A DNA stretch of 58,930 nt, filler included. It is 5 parts of 5 records of this genome, joined end to end, with 100 filler letters (N's around TTAATTAATTAA, not from the genome) between each part and the next. Parts side by side here need not be neighbours in the genome. Positions count along the whole stretch, not along the records: positions 38,584 to 53,055 come from SRR22947725_804; 4 more parts are not named here. One strand, written 5' to 3'. Both the position numbers and the translations under genes were made by a program. Under the pieces are notes generated by a model. The model made no database searches and was not told the origin of the DNA. It saw only the letters and a program-made list of their open reading frames with translations. Of the stretch, positions 39,525-49,593 are shown in pieces (position 1 is the stretch's first letter; the number at the start of each line of letters is the position of its first letter).

Positions 39525-39532
39525 CAAAAGTA
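39525..39532 (-). promoter_or_regulatory. Bacteroidetes -7 promoter element
   Basis: TACTTTTG (TAnnTTTG) 25 nt upstream of ATG 39499. Confidence 0.6.
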
Positions 39533-39544
39533 CGTATATAAATT

Positions 39545-39781
39545 TTAGTATTTACACTCTTCTCCACTTTGAAGATTTGTAGTTTTCCAAGATAAATTTC
39601 CAGCTTTTTTTGCCTCGCAAGAATTACTATAAACTATATTATTACAAGCGCATACAGGCTCGTATATTTCAATACAAACAGCATCAGGATCAGGCGAAAC
39701 ATAGCAATCCCCTAAAACATCTTCACCATCATCACATGAAACAAAAATTAAAAACATTATAAACATTAAATTAAATTTCAT
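39545..39781 (-). CDS. Kazal-type domain lipoprotein
   Basis: FVSC lipobox; CIEIYEPVCACNNIVYSNSCEA. Confidence 0.85.
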   Translation of the reverse strand: MKFNLMFIMFLIFVSCDDGEDVLGDCYVSPDPDAVCIEIYEPVCACNNIVYSNSCEAKKAGNLSWKTTNLQSGEECKY

Positions 39782-42063
39782 AATGATATGTTTTTAGAGA
39801 GAATAATAGCATCATTTGTTACGAATGGCATTGGCATCATTAGCTTAGATCTTGGTTTAAAATTAAAATTAGTATTTGTCATCAGGTCAAATGAGGTTTC
39901 AATTAAATTAAATTCTGAATTAAGCTTATTATCAAAAACCATGTCAATAACAACTCTCTTGTCATTAAAAGAGGGGATATAAGTTAATACTCTTCCTGAA
40001 TTAATTTTAAAATTTTCTTTTTTAAGAAATACATTTTGAACAGCTAAAGAATCAAAAACTAATGAATCTTTGGTCATTATTTGTAAAGAATTTATTTTTC
40101 TTTGAGGTATTATACTTAAAGAAACTTTACGCTTATTTCCATAAACACTATCAGTTAAAACTTCAACAGTAGAAGAAGCGATATTCCTGTAATTAGTTTC
40201 ATTAATATACCTGTAAGAAGTAGAGTATTTACTTCTTGAAATGAATTTTTTAACATCTGTTGATGGATTTTCACCTAAAAATTGCTTGGTAAAATCATCT
40301 AAATTTTGATCGTATGACATCCAAAATGATTCTGCTTTATCAATATCAGTATAATACACTATACTATTTGGTTTTTTATTTTCTTCATCAAATCCATTAT
40401 TTATAAAAGCCATAAAGAACAAAAGCAAAGTTGTTAAACCCGTCAAACTGATCATGTGTTTTTTGTTAGAGTAATTTGAAAAAATTGGTAGTAAAAGTGA
40501 AAAAACTAAAATCAATAGAACAGAACTAATAAATAAGTTTTTAAGACCCAGCCCCACAGGGAACATTTTTAACTGAGGAGCAAACATATAAATTAAAGGT
40601 ATACTTAAACATGTCCAAACAATCATTAATTTATTTGATTTAAGATTAAACAGAAAAGCAGCTAAAATCGAAAAAAGAACAAAATAAACCGGAATTATAA
40701 AATACGCTGCGCCTTTTAAAAAGAGACTAATTAATAAATTGATTATAATCCAAAACAACAGAGGAAAAATAATTAAATTAACACCAGAATATTTATTAAA
40801 GAATGGTCTGTAAATTAATAACAAACAAAATAAATTCAAAAATATAAAACCGAATATATAGAAATACCCATTGTAAGTAAATCCATGTAACATATCAGAA
40901 TGTTCTGGATTTAAAAAAACTATAAAATCCCATAATATTACAGTTAAACTAATGCAAACAAACAATGAAGTAACGAAAGGAGTAATTCCATTCAAAATTC
41001 CTTCTAATTTTAATTTATTTAATACTAATCCTAAGTAAATTAAAATGAAAAAAAATATTATTGACAAAATTAAAAGAGGAAAAATCCATGAATTTGAAAA
41101 ATAAATTAATTTAAGAAAAGGAAAATTTGAGTACACATAATCCACATCACTATCAAGATTAGATAAATCACTTTTAGAAAAATGATTAACCATTGACATA
41201 AAATAATCTGCTTGATGTAAAAGAGTATTTCTGTCTAAACGATCATAATTGTCAAGCGAGGTGTGATAATCAAAATGATCACCAATAAATGCGAAATTAA
41301 AACCATTAACGTTTGCTTGTTCTCTAAAAACAGTTAAATCAGTATCATTAGGAAGCATTTTGTAAATACTATACATAAGTGAATTTGCAGCTGGAAAATT
41401 AGAGTTAGCATTAGCAAATTCGGAGATGAGTTTGCTATTCATTCCGTTTGTTTCCATTAACATATAGCTAGGTCCACCACTTCCCCTTGCTTCAAAATTT
41501 AAAACAAGTCCGACATTATCAATTAGTTTATGATTTTTAACAAAAGCCTCAGCTCCAAGTAAACCCATCTCCTCTGCATCTGTAAATACCAAGTGAATAT
41601 CATTTACAGGAGTATTATTATTTAATAAAAATGCCCTAAATCCCTCGAGAATTGTTACTACTCCAGAACCTGCATCACTAGCTCCAAAAGAACTATGAGC
41701 ACTTGAATCATAATGAGTTAATAGAACTAATGATTTTCCTTTCCTAGAGCCTTTAATTGTACCAATAATATTAGCAGCATTAGTCCCAACTCTTCTGGAA
41801 CTCAATACAACCTGATTTTGAATTTCGGTTTCAAGACCCATTTTTTTAAGTTCATTTACTATATAATTTTGAACATCTTGATGATATTTAGAACCAGTGT
41901 AATGGGGCTCCTTTGAAATTACTTTTAAATGATTTAAGGCATTATCAAAGGAAAACCCTGTAGATTCAATTGATTTAACCGAACTGGGCATTAAATCATC
42001 AAAACTTAAATAAACAGTTAGAGATATTATTAAAATAGAAAGTAAAGTGTAGATATTTTTCAT
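39778..42063 (-). CDS. Membrane-bound M28 family metallopeptidase (ERMP1-like)
   Basis: HYDS, ASDAGSG, DAEE, NFEARG, YHT, followed by multiple TM helices. Confidence 0.9.
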   Translation of the reverse strand: MKNIYTLLSILIISLTVYLSFDDLMPSSVKSIESTGFSFDNALNHLKVISKEPHYTGSKYHQDVQNYIVNELKKMGLETEIQNQVVLSSRRVGTNAANIIGTIKGSRKGKSLVLLTHYDSSAHSSFGASDAGSGVVTILEGFRAFLLNNNTPVNDIHLVFTDAEEMGLLGAEAFVKNHKLIDNVGLVLNFEARGSGGPSYMLMETNGMNSKLISEFANANSNFPAANSLMYSIYKMLPNDTDLTVFREQANVNGFNFAFIGDHFDYHTSLDNYDRLDRNTLLHQADYFMSMVNHFSKSDLSNLDSDVDYVYSNFPFLKLIYFSNSWIFPLLILSIIFFFILIYLGLVLNKLKLEGILNGITPFVTSLFVCISLTVILWDFIVFLNPEHSDMLHGFTYNGYFYIFGFIFLNLFCLLLIYRPFFNKYSGVNLIIFPLLFWIIINLLISLFLKGAAYFIIPVYFVLFSILAAFLFNLKSNKLMIVWTCLSIPLIYMFAPQLKMFPVGLGLKNLFISSVLLILVFSLLLPIFSNYSNKKHMISLTGLTTLLLFFMAFINNGFDEENKKPNSIVYYTDIDKAESFWMSYDQNLDDFTKQFLGENPSTDVKKFISRSKYSTSYRYINETNYRNIASSTVEVLTDSVYGNKRKVSLSIIPQRKINSLQIMTKDSLVFDSLAVQNVFLKKENFKINSGRVLTYIPSFNDKRVVIDMVFDNKLNSEFNLIETSFDLMTNTNFNFKPRSKLMMPMPFVTNDAIILSKNISL

Positions 42064-43214
42064 AAGCCTTTGCAGATACGTTTTAAAACAGCACTTAAAA
42101 AGATTGTTTTTGGAAAACTCAGCATGATTTTTAATTCTTCGATAAAACTTGATTTATTATCTAGAAATTTAAAAATAGTTTTAGGATTATTTTTATTAAA
42201 CATGTCAGTGAACAACTGCTTTCCTAAGTGATTTTTATAATACAATACATCAAGAAAAATTAAATCATAAAACCAAAAACGATTTTTCTTCATAAATGTT
42301 TTGAAATTATCATTAGATTTTAAAAAATCTATAATCTTAGAGGTATTTTTATCAATATTTTTAAATGTATACCCAGTACTTGGTTTACTCCAACCACCAG
42401 CAGATCCAATATTTAAAATATTTTTTGTGTTAGCTTCAAAAAAAGGAAAACAAGTCATTGGGATTTGTCCGGATTCTTTGGACTTAATTTCAAAATCATC
42501 AATGCCAGACTTTAATAAATAGTTTTCGATTGAAGATTTGTATTTATTTTCATCCAATAAGTTTTTAGAAAACAAGGTGTATTCAACCAAGGCTTCAGTT
42601 TTTGAAAATGGAAGAATATACATAAATTGCGTTGTCGAATTTTGATCGATAGTAAAATCCATAAACGTAGCCTTTTCAGGATCAAAAAAATTATTCTTAG
42701 TTTTAATAACCCAACCTTCAAAATGTTGAATTAACAGAGGAAATTTTTGATCATTTTTAATTGAGTTCCAATCCAAAATACTATTAAAGACTTTTGAAGA
42801 TTTATAAGTTTTTTTATTTGTTTCAACCAAACAATGGGATTTACAATCCTTAAAGTTTAAAACCTTATCATTTAGGACCTTAATGTTTGTGTTGTTTTTA
42901 ATTATTGAATTTGTGTAATTATAAAATGAAATACTACTTAGCATTTTGTAATTAAGAGGATTTAAATTTAGTGATTTTTCGTCCAGTCCATTTTTAAAAA
43001 TAACATTTTCCCAACTTGAGGTTAATAAATAATCCCAAACAGATTTTTTTTTATCCCAAAAACACAAAGTTCTATCGTTTTTGACTTTGGGATAATCAGG
43101 ATCTAAAATTAGGATAGATTTATTATTATAATATGAATCATTAGAGAACTTCGAAGCAAGTAAAAGACCTGCAATTCCCCCTCCACAAATTATGTAATCG
43201 TAATCTAATTCCAT
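42060..43214 (-). CDS. crtY: Lycopene beta-cyclase
   Basis: GGGIAG FAD motif, DRTLCFW, FMYILPFS..ALVEYT, GGWSKPSTGYTF; next to rhodopsin/blh. Confidence 0.88.
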   Translation of the reverse strand: MELDYDYIICGGGIAGLLLASKFSNDSYYNNKSILILDPDYPKVKNDRTLCFWDKKKSVWDYLLTSSWENVIFKNGLDEKSLNLNPLNYKMLSSISFYNYTNSIIKNNTNIKVLNDKVLNFKDCKSHCLVETNKKTYKSSKVFNSILDWNSIKNDQKFPLLIQHFEGWVIKTKNNFFDPEKATFMDFTIDQNSTTQFMYILPFSKTEALVEYTLFSKNLLDENKYKSSIENYLLKSGIDDFEIKSKESGQIPMTCFPFFEANTKNILNIGSAGGWSKPSTGYTFKNIDKNTSKIIDFLKSNDNFKTFMKKNRFWFYDLIFLDVLYYKNHLGKQLFTDMFNKNNPKTIFKFLDNKSSFIEELKIMLSFPKTIFLSAVLKRICKGL

Positions 43215-43272
43215 CGAATGATTAAATATAAATATATAATTTCAATTGAATACCAATATGAAAAAATTAAGC

Positions 43273-43302
43273 AAAAAAAAAGCCGCTTTAAAAGCGGCTT
43301 TT
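43273..43302 (-). terminator. Intrinsic terminator of the proteorhodopsin gene
   Basis: Minus strand AAAAGCCGCTTTTAAAGCGGC followed by T9. Confidence 0.85.
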
Positions 43303-43321
43303 AATCAATAAATTAAATTTA

Positions 43322-44044
43322 TTATTTAGACACAGCTAGGTTATAAACAACAAGCCCAAAACCAATTTTGTTCACAGCGTCACCAATGTTGTAAACAACA
43401 TTCATGTCAAGCGAAACAATATCATTTAGACCTGAGTACCATCCTTCTGTTCCAAGCATATATCCAAGTGGATATATTGCCCATCCTACAAGAACGAACC
43501 AAGCTAACGTGTTATGTGCTTTTTCAACTGCTCCACCTGCAGATACTGCAAGTTTTTTAGCTTCTCCAAACCAAACCATGTAAGCAATAATGAAGTAAGC
43601 AATACCAGATAATAATCCCCAAACTGCAGGACCAAGACCTAATGCATCTCCACCGTTAAACTCACCAAAGAATCCAGTAACTAACATTACTGTAGACCAA
43701 AGGATTAGTTTCCACATCATACTCTTTGTTGCACCAGCAACTTTAAGTATTAAGTAGAATTCAACACACATTAATGGAACTGTTAAAATCCAATCTACAT
43801 ATCTGAAAAAAGTAGTATCACCTGGATCTACATCTCTCATGTAATTGTAATGAACAGCAGCAATAAATGTGATAAGTCCTGAGACTAAAATCGAATTTCT
43901 CCATTTTGCATCAACTGCATTTAATGAAAGAAAAAAGAAAACTGACGCAGCCATCATAGCCATAGTTCCAATAAAGAACGTAAAGCCGACTAAGTCGTTA
44001 GGCACATCACCTAAAAAATAAAAAGTGTTTAAAAATAATTCCAT
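43322..44044 (-). CDS. Proteorhodopsin (flavobacterial type, DTE proton pump, Met105-type green tuning)
   Basis: AVHY, RYVDWILTVPLMCVEF, GWAIYPLGY, DAVNKIGFG retinal Lys. Confidence 0.96.
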   Translation of the reverse strand: MELFLNTFYFLGDVPNDLVGFTFFIGTMAMMAASVFFFLSLNAVDAKWRNSILVSGLITFIAAVHYNYMRDVDPGDTTFFRYVDWILTVPLMCVEFYLILKVAGATKSMMWKLILWSTVMLVTGFFGEFNGGDALGLGPAVWGLLSGIAYFIIAYMVWFGEAKKLAVSAGGAVEKAHNTLAWFVLVGWAIYPLGYMLGTEGWYSGLNDIVSLDMNVVYNIGDAVNKIGFGLVVYNLAVSK

Positions 44045-44074
44045 AATTTAATAATTTATTATTTTGTTTAAACT

Positions 44075-44082
44075 CAAATATA
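44075..44082 (-). promoter_or_regulatory. Bacteroidetes -7 promoter element of the rhodopsin gene
   Basis: TATATTTG 30 nt upstream of the ATG. Confidence 0.6.
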
Positions 44083-44135
44083 TATAAAAAAATTAATATC
44101 TAAACTAAAATTCTATCAACAAAAACTAAAAAAAA

Positions 44136-45023
44136 TTGAGAAATTCATACTTCATTAACAATAACACTTTTAAATTATTAATATTTTCTACAATAATTTG
44201 CATTATTCTTTCTTTATTTTTGAACGATTTTTACTTAAATATTTTAGCCTTTTCAGGAATTTTAACTTTCGGTATAATACACGGTGCCAATGACTTACTG
44301 TTAATAAAAGAAGTTTCAGAAAATTATAATTTCAAACTTCAGTTCCTGTATTATGTAATAATGGTCGTTGGATTTTTTTTATTTTTCTATAATATTCCCA
44401 TTTTAGCCCTAATAACTTTTGTTTTGTTGAGTTCCTATCATTTTGGGGAGCATCAATGGACACTTTTTAAAAGAATTGAAGATGATTTTATTAAAATTTT
44501 TTATTTTTTTTACGGATTAACAATCTTTTCTCTTCTATTTTATTTTAATATTAAAGAAGTTTCAGAAATAATTTTTGATATAACAACTATAGAGTTAAGT
44601 TATAATTTCTTTTTTTACTTACTGCTTGTTTCATCATCAATATCATTTATTAGTTCATTATTATTTTATCAACAAATAAAAAATCAGTTGATTACTCAAA
44701 TTATATTATTGGCACTATTAGTTTTAACATTTAAAACATGTGGTTTAATATGGTCCTTTGCATTATATTTTGTTTTTTGGCATAGTATCCCCTCAATAAA
44801 GGAACAAACGATATTTATTTTTGGAAAAGCTGAAAAAGAATCAATTAAAAATTATTTTAAAAAAGCATTTTTATATTGGCTACTTTCAATAGTTGTATTA
44901 ATAATAACTTATTATTTATTTAAAGCTAATCAGGATAAATTAATTAGTATATTTTTTTCATTTTTAGCCTCCATTACATTCCCTCATACTTTTGTAGTCT
45001 CTAAAATAAAAAAGCCCTCATAA
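44136..45023 (+). CDS. blh: Brp/Blh beta-carotene 15,15'-dioxygenase
   Basis: GIIHGAND, YHFGE, FWHS, TFPH; divergent from rhodopsin. Confidence 0.92.
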   Translation: MRNSYFINNNTFKLLIFSTIICIILSLFLNDFYLNILAFSGILTFGIIHGANDLLLIKEVSENYNFKLQFLYYVIMVVGFFLFFYNIPILALITFVLLSSYHFGEHQWTLFKRIEDDFIKIFYFFYGLTIFSLLFYFNIKEVSEIIFDITTIELSYNFFFYLLLVSSSISFISSLLFYQQIKNQLITQIILLALLVLTFKTCGLIWSFALYFVFWHSIPSIKEQTIFIFGKAEKESIKNYFKKAFLYWLLSIVVLIITYYLFKANQDKLISIFFSFLASITFPHTFVVSKIKKPS

Positions 45024-45036
45024 AGAGAGCTTTTTT
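45009..45036. terminator. Bidirectional terminator between convergent genes
   Basis: AAAAAGCCCTC-ATAAA-GAGAGCTTTTTT. Confidence 0.6.
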
Positions 45037-45059
45037 GAGTTGGTAAAAAATATTACTTA

Positions 45060-45401
45060 CTATGCTTTTTTTCTGTTCGCAATAAAACTTTTCACAAAAT
45101 AAATCATTGATAAAGCGGATGTACCTATCATTAATATAACTCTTATTAACCCTATACCTCCTTGATCAATTGATTTTGGTAGTCTCATACCAACTAAGGC
45201 AAGTAGAATAATTAGGGTTAAAAGAACAGCAATATGTGCGACAACCTTATTTTCTTTTTTTAAACCCGGAACACATAGTAATAATGCTACTCCAAAACCT
45301 ACCGGAATTAGTGCAGTTGGAGAAGTAACTTCAAGATAACCCCAAAGTCCTATAATAATTAAACATACAGAGTTTAAAATATTAGCGTTTGATGAATTCA
45401 T
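45060..45401 (-). CDS. Small 4-TM membrane protein
   Basis: SPTALIPVGFG, VAHIAV; hydrophobic. Confidence 0.7.
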   Translation of the reverse strand: MNSSNANILNSVCLIIIGLWGYLEVTSPTALIPVGFGVALLLCVPGLKKENKVVAHIAVLLTLIILLALVGMRLPKSIDQGGIGLIRVILMIGTSALSMIYFVKSFIANRKKA

Positions 45402-45447
45402 AATTATTTATTTAATGATTAAACTTTTATAAAAATAAGTGATTTAA

Positions 45448-46899
45448 TTATAATCCGTTAATGTAATCCGAAAACGAATCGCTAAAAGACAATCCTCTTG
45501 ATGTTCTAGTGATACTTACTTTTTTATATGACGATAATCCCCAAAGCAAAAATTCACACATAAAATTCTCATCCTTAGCATCAATTTTAGGAATATGATT
45601 TTTTACAAATTTCTTCAAAACTTTAATAGTTTTAAAAGTATCATTATATGACTTATTGTCTAAATTCTCATCTATAAAAAGTTCTTTATTTTTAAACCAA
45701 TCCAATACTTCGCTATATGGATCTAATTCTTCAGATTTATTTAGTTTTTTGATTTTAGGAAAATAATTTACAAAAAATGTTCTCACAGATTCTAATATTA
45801 AAAGTCTTGAAATTTCTGTTGCTCCCTCTTGCTCTCCTTCGTATACTAATTCGATCTTGCCATTAATAGCAGAAATAACAGCATTAAAATCTGTCATCCT
45901 TATAGTTGTATTAGACTCTCCATTGATAAGCATTCTTCTTTTAGCAGAACTAATTAAATTTTCAAAAGCAGAAATTGACAATCTTGCACTAACACCACTT
46001 TTTGAATCCACATAAACACTTTCTCTAGCCTCAAAACTAATTTGTTCTATAATATCTTTTGCTATTTCAGGGACGTATACATCTTTTGAGTCCCTGACTG
46101 ATGATTCCTGATGTGTAATTATTTTTGCAATATCAATTGTTTTAGGATAGTGAGTCATAATCTGAGATCCTATTCTATCTTTCAAAGGAGTAACAATACT
46201 TCCTCTGTTTGTATAATCTTCGGGGTTTGCTGTAAAGAGAAATTGAACATTGATTGGTAATCTTAATTTAAATCCGCGAATTTGTATTTCTTTTTCTTGA
46301 AGAATTGAAAATAATGAGACCTGTATTCTTGCCTGTAAATCTGGAAGTTCATTTAATACAAAAATACATCTATGGGCTCTAGGTATCATTCCAAAATGAA
46401 TAACTCTAGGATCAGAATACGACAATTTTAAGCTTGCAGCTTTTATAGGATCAATATCACCAATTAAATCAGCAACAGTTACATCTGGAGTTGCAAGTTT
46501 TTCAAAAAAACGATCCTCTTTAGGTATCCATTCAATAGGTGTTTCATCTCCTAGTTCTTTGATTCTTTCCTTTCCGTAATAAGAAATAGGATCTAAAGGG
46601 TCATCGTTAATTTCAGAACCAGAAATGATTGGAATCCAATCATCTAATAAATTAGTTAATTGTCTTGCCAGTCTTGTTTTTGCTTGACCTCTTAAACCTA
46701 AAAGGTTTATATTATGACCTGATAAAATTGCACGCTCTAAGTCAGGTATAACAGTATCTTCATAACCATGAATTCCTTCAAAAGTAGAAACACCTTTAGA
46801 TAAATTTAATCTAAGATTTTTCTTCATTTCATCTTTAATCCCAATAGCTTTATATCCCGAGCTTTTAAGTTCTTTTAAAGTTTTAATTTTGTTATTCAT
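45448..46899 (-). CDS. Mg-chelatase ChlI-like AAA+ ATPase
   Basis: GLRGQAKTR Walker A variant, DLIGDIDP, VLNELPDL, TANPEDYTNRG. Confidence 0.85.
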   Translation of the reverse strand: MNNKIKTLKELKSSGYKAIGIKDEMKKNLRLNLSKGVSTFEGIHGYEDTVIPDLERAILSGHNINLLGLRGQAKTRLARQLTNLLDDWIPIISGSEINDDPLDPISYYGKERIKELGDETPIEWIPKEDRFFEKLATPDVTVADLIGDIDPIKAASLKLSYSDPRVIHFGMIPRAHRCIFVLNELPDLQARIQVSLFSILQEKEIQIRGFKLRLPINVQFLFTANPEDYTNRGSIVTPLKDRIGSQIMTHYPKTIDIAKIITHQESSVRDSKDVYVPEIAKDIIEQISFEARESVYVDSKSGVSARLSISAFENLISSAKRRMLINGESNTTIRMTDFNAVISAINGKIELVYEGEQEGATEISRLLILESVRTFFVNYFPKIKKLNKSEELDPYSEVLDWFKNKELFIDENLDNKSYNDTFKTIKVLKKFVKNHIPKIDAKDENFMCEFLLWGLSSYKKVSITRTSRGLSFSDSFSDYINGL

Positions 46900-46902
46900 T
46901 TA

Positions 46903-48021
46903 TTATATTCTTTTTTTTCTATTAGTTTCATAATCTTCAAAAATCATCTCACCCAGTCCTTTTAAACCGGTATAAAATGCTTTTCCTTTATTAGCCTTTG
47001 TAAATTCTTGAACAAAGCTTTTTAGATACGGATCTTGAGCTATCATAAAAGTTGTAATAGGAATATTTAATCTTCTAGCTTGTTGAGCCATGTTATAGCA
47101 TTTATCTACTATATGAGAATCTAATCCATTACTGTTTTTATAATAACTTCCATCTTTCAACTTTAAACAACTAGGTTTGCCATCAGTTATCATAAAAATT
47201 TGCTTATTAGAATTTCGATTTCTTCTTAAAATATCCATTGCTAGCTCTAGTCCAGCAACAGTATTTGTATGAAAAGGACCAACATTTAAATACGGTAATT
47301 CTTTAATAGAAATTGGTCTAGCATCGTTACCAAAAACTATAATATCCAGTTTATCTTTTGGGTATCTAGTTGTAATAAACTCAGATAAAGCCATTGCAAC
47401 TTTTTTGGCTGGAGTTATGCGATCCTCGCCATAAAGAATCATACTATGGCTTATATCAATCATTAACACTGTACTCATTTGTGCTTGATGAAATTGATCA
47501 TTTACAACTAAATCATCTTTAGATAATTTGAAGTCATCTAATCCACCTTGAATTTGAGCATTTTTAATACTTTCAGTAATGGCAATTTTTTCTATAGAAT
47601 CTCCAAACTCATAGTTTTTGAAATCTCCTGAATCACTTTGACCTGTTCCTGTATGTTTTGTGTTGTGATTTCCATTACCAATTCTCTTCATTTTTCCAAA
47701 AATTTGCTTTAAGGCATGTTGTCTTAAAAGCATTTCAGTTTTGGCAGTAAGACCAATACCATCACCATTGCCATCTGGTTTTAAATCTTTTTTTACATAC
47801 CCTTTAGCTAATAATTCTTCAATGAAATCATCCATAGTATAATCCTCACTAGTCAACACATATTCCTTGTCTAACTCTTTTAGCCAGTTAATTGCTTCAT
47901 TAAAATCACCAGAAGTGTAAGTAATTAATTCTTTAAATACTTCAAAAAGTTTTTCAAATGGAGTTTGGGATTTAGCCTTAAAATTTGAGAACAGAAAACC
48001 TGATTGTCTTAATGGATTCAT
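46903..48021 (-). CDS. vWA domain protein, partner of the AAA+ ATPase
   Basis: MIDAS DISHSM, TNT, ITDG. Confidence 0.87.
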   Translation of the reverse strand: MNPLRQSGFLFSNFKAKSQTPFEKLFEVFKELITYTSGDFNEAINWLKELDKEYVLTSEDYTMDDFIEELLAKGYVKKDLKPDGNGDGIGLTAKTEMLLRQHALKQIFGKMKRIGNGNHNTKHTGTGQSDSGDFKNYEFGDSIEKIAITESIKNAQIQGGLDDFKLSKDDLVVNDQFHQAQMSTVLMIDISHSMILYGEDRITPAKKVAMALSEFITTRYPKDKLDIIVFGNDARPISIKELPYLNVGPFHTNTVAGLELAMDILRRNRNSNKQIFMITDGKPSCLKLKDGSYYKNSNGLDSHIVDKCYNMAQQARRLNIPITTFMIAQDPYLKSFVQEFTKANKGKAFYTGLKGLGEMIFEDYETNRKKRI

Positions 48022-48071
48022 TTACATTAAAAATATATTACTTTACATGTTTAGACAAGCTAAAAGTGTAA

Positions 48072-48521
48072 TTATTTTACAGCAGAAGTGTGATCACTAA
48101 CTATCAACCAGTTACTATCAATTTTTTTCCATAATAATGTGAAATGACCCCAGCTATCTTCACCAGATCTTTTTAGATAGTATTCGCCAATTAAATAAGC
48201 AGTATTTAAAGAAACTGATCTTATTTTCTTAATTGTAAAATTTAGTTTACCCATTACTTTAGTATTTGGATATGAACTATAATATCTGTTTTTAGTGTTC
48301 TCCCATCCATATACTGGACCAGATTTTCCTGAAAAAACTAACTCTTCTGATTTTAGATATCCTTGCATAAAAGAATCTATATCTCCTTTGTTCCAAGCAT
48401 CTTGTTGTAGACTCATTACTTTCATAATACTTAACGAATCCTTTACTGGGATTTTATTTTGAGAATAATTATTTAAAGAACTAATTAATAGGGTTGCAAA
48501 AAAAAAGTTTCTAAAAATCAT
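48072..48521 (-). CDS. NTF2-like / DUF4440 secreted protein
   Basis: AWNKGDIDSFMQGY, FTLLWKKI..W..VSDHTS. Confidence 0.82.
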   Translation of the reverse strand: MIFRNFFFATLLISSLNNYSQNKIPVKDSLSIMKVMSLQQDAWNKGDIDSFMQGYLKSEELVFSGKSGPVYGWENTKNRYYSSYPNTKVMGKLNFTIKKIRSVSLNTAYLIGEYYLKRSGEDSWGHFTLLWKKIDSNWLIVSDHTSAVK

Positions 48522-48532
48522 ATTTAATTAAT

Positions 48533-48560
48533 AAAAAAACCCAAGATTAACTTGGGTTTT
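48533..48560 (-). terminator. Intrinsic terminator
   Basis: Minus strand AAAACCCAAG-TTAAT-CTTGGG followed by T7. Confidence 0.8.
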
Positions 48561-48583
48561 AAGTTCTTAAATAAATATATAAA

Positions 48584-49390
48584 TTATTCTGCGATAGTAA
48601 AAGTTTTTGAGGGCATGCCTTTACTAGCCCAAGTACATCCCAAGAAAGTTGTGATTTCATCTTTGTGGTTTCCACTTATATCCCACATTCTTTTTTGATC
48701 CTCGTTCATAGGTCCTGAATTTTCCAAACTTTTTTGATTTACAAGAAATGATTCCCATGAACTATACCAAAACGCAGCTTGAAAAGTATAAGAACTTCCA
48801 CTATAATGACCAGTAGGAACTATAGCAAGTGCTTCACCTAAATCAATTGATGATTGTCTTGTTGATTTGTTCCAAAGAGAAATATATTCACGTCTATCTT
48901 TCCATAATGGATTACTTTCATTGAAAACCACAATATGTTTTTTAGAAAAATCAATATCATTTTCCGTGATAAAGATTTGATTATCAAATGTCACTCTAAT
49001 TTCATCATCATGACCTTCTAAAAATAATTGAAAATAAGTGGACCACTCATCTTTTAACATTTTTTTCTCATCATAAGAAATATTCATATTATCAATATTT
49101 TTATTCACTTCAGCGCCATAATTAACAGCACTAGCTTGAGCAATAATATTTGGATAAACTTCTATTACTTTAAAAGTAAAATCACTACCATAGGTATGTG
49201 AAAACAACCATGTTGATACCATTTTGTTGTCTTCGCTTCCCATGAAGTAAATATCAATAAATTTTTTGTGCATTTTAACAAAATCATTTGCTTTTGATCT
49301 AGGAACATCTAATGTATAAAATGAATGAATTTCTTGAGCAACTGAATTAACAGAAATAAATAATGAGATTAGAAATAATAATTTTTTCAT
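48584..49390 (-). CDS. Secreted tandem His-motif domain protein, distant relative of 973-1806 and 10937-11773
   Basis: Signal peptide (SVA|Q); repeats SHTYGS..F..EVYPN..HDDEI and GHYSGS..F..WYSSW..HKDEI. Confidence 0.7.
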   Translation of the reverse strand: MKKLLFLISLFISVNSVAQEIHSFYTLDVPRSKANDFVKMHKKFIDIYFMGSEDNKMVSTWLFSHTYGSDFTFKVIEVYPNIIAQASAVNYGAEVNKNIDNMNISYDEKKMLKDEWSTYFQLFLEGHDDEIRVTFDNQIFITENDIDFSKKHIVVFNESNPLWKDRREYISLWNKSTRQSSIDLGEALAIVPTGHYSGSSYTFQAAFWYSSWESFLVNQKSLENSGPMNEDQKRMWDISGNHKDEITTFLGCTWASKGMPSKTFTIAE

Positions 49391-49465
49391 GTTTAATTTT
49401 TTTTATTGTTAGTTGTTTAAAAAAATGAAAATAAATTTAATTTTTAAATAAATATAGGTAAATTC

Positions 49466-49483
49466 ACATTCTAATCAGTATGT
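49466..49483. promoter_or_regulatory. Candidate TetR operator
   Basis: Imperfect palindrome ACATTCTAATCAGTATGT (14 of 18 positions symmetric) between divergent genes. Confidence 0.5.
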
Positions 49484-49593
49484 AATATTAAAATTTTTAC
49501 GGATACTGCAATAAAAGACTGAAATTAAAGTGTTTATTTAATATTTATTTATAAATTTAGTTAACCAATTACTGATTTAATAGTTTTTCAACC

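Noticed and set aside
45448-46899. Mg chelatase implying bacteriochlorophyll synthesis near the rhodopsin
   Set aside because: No bchH or other bch genes; motifs fit the generic AAA+/vWA pair
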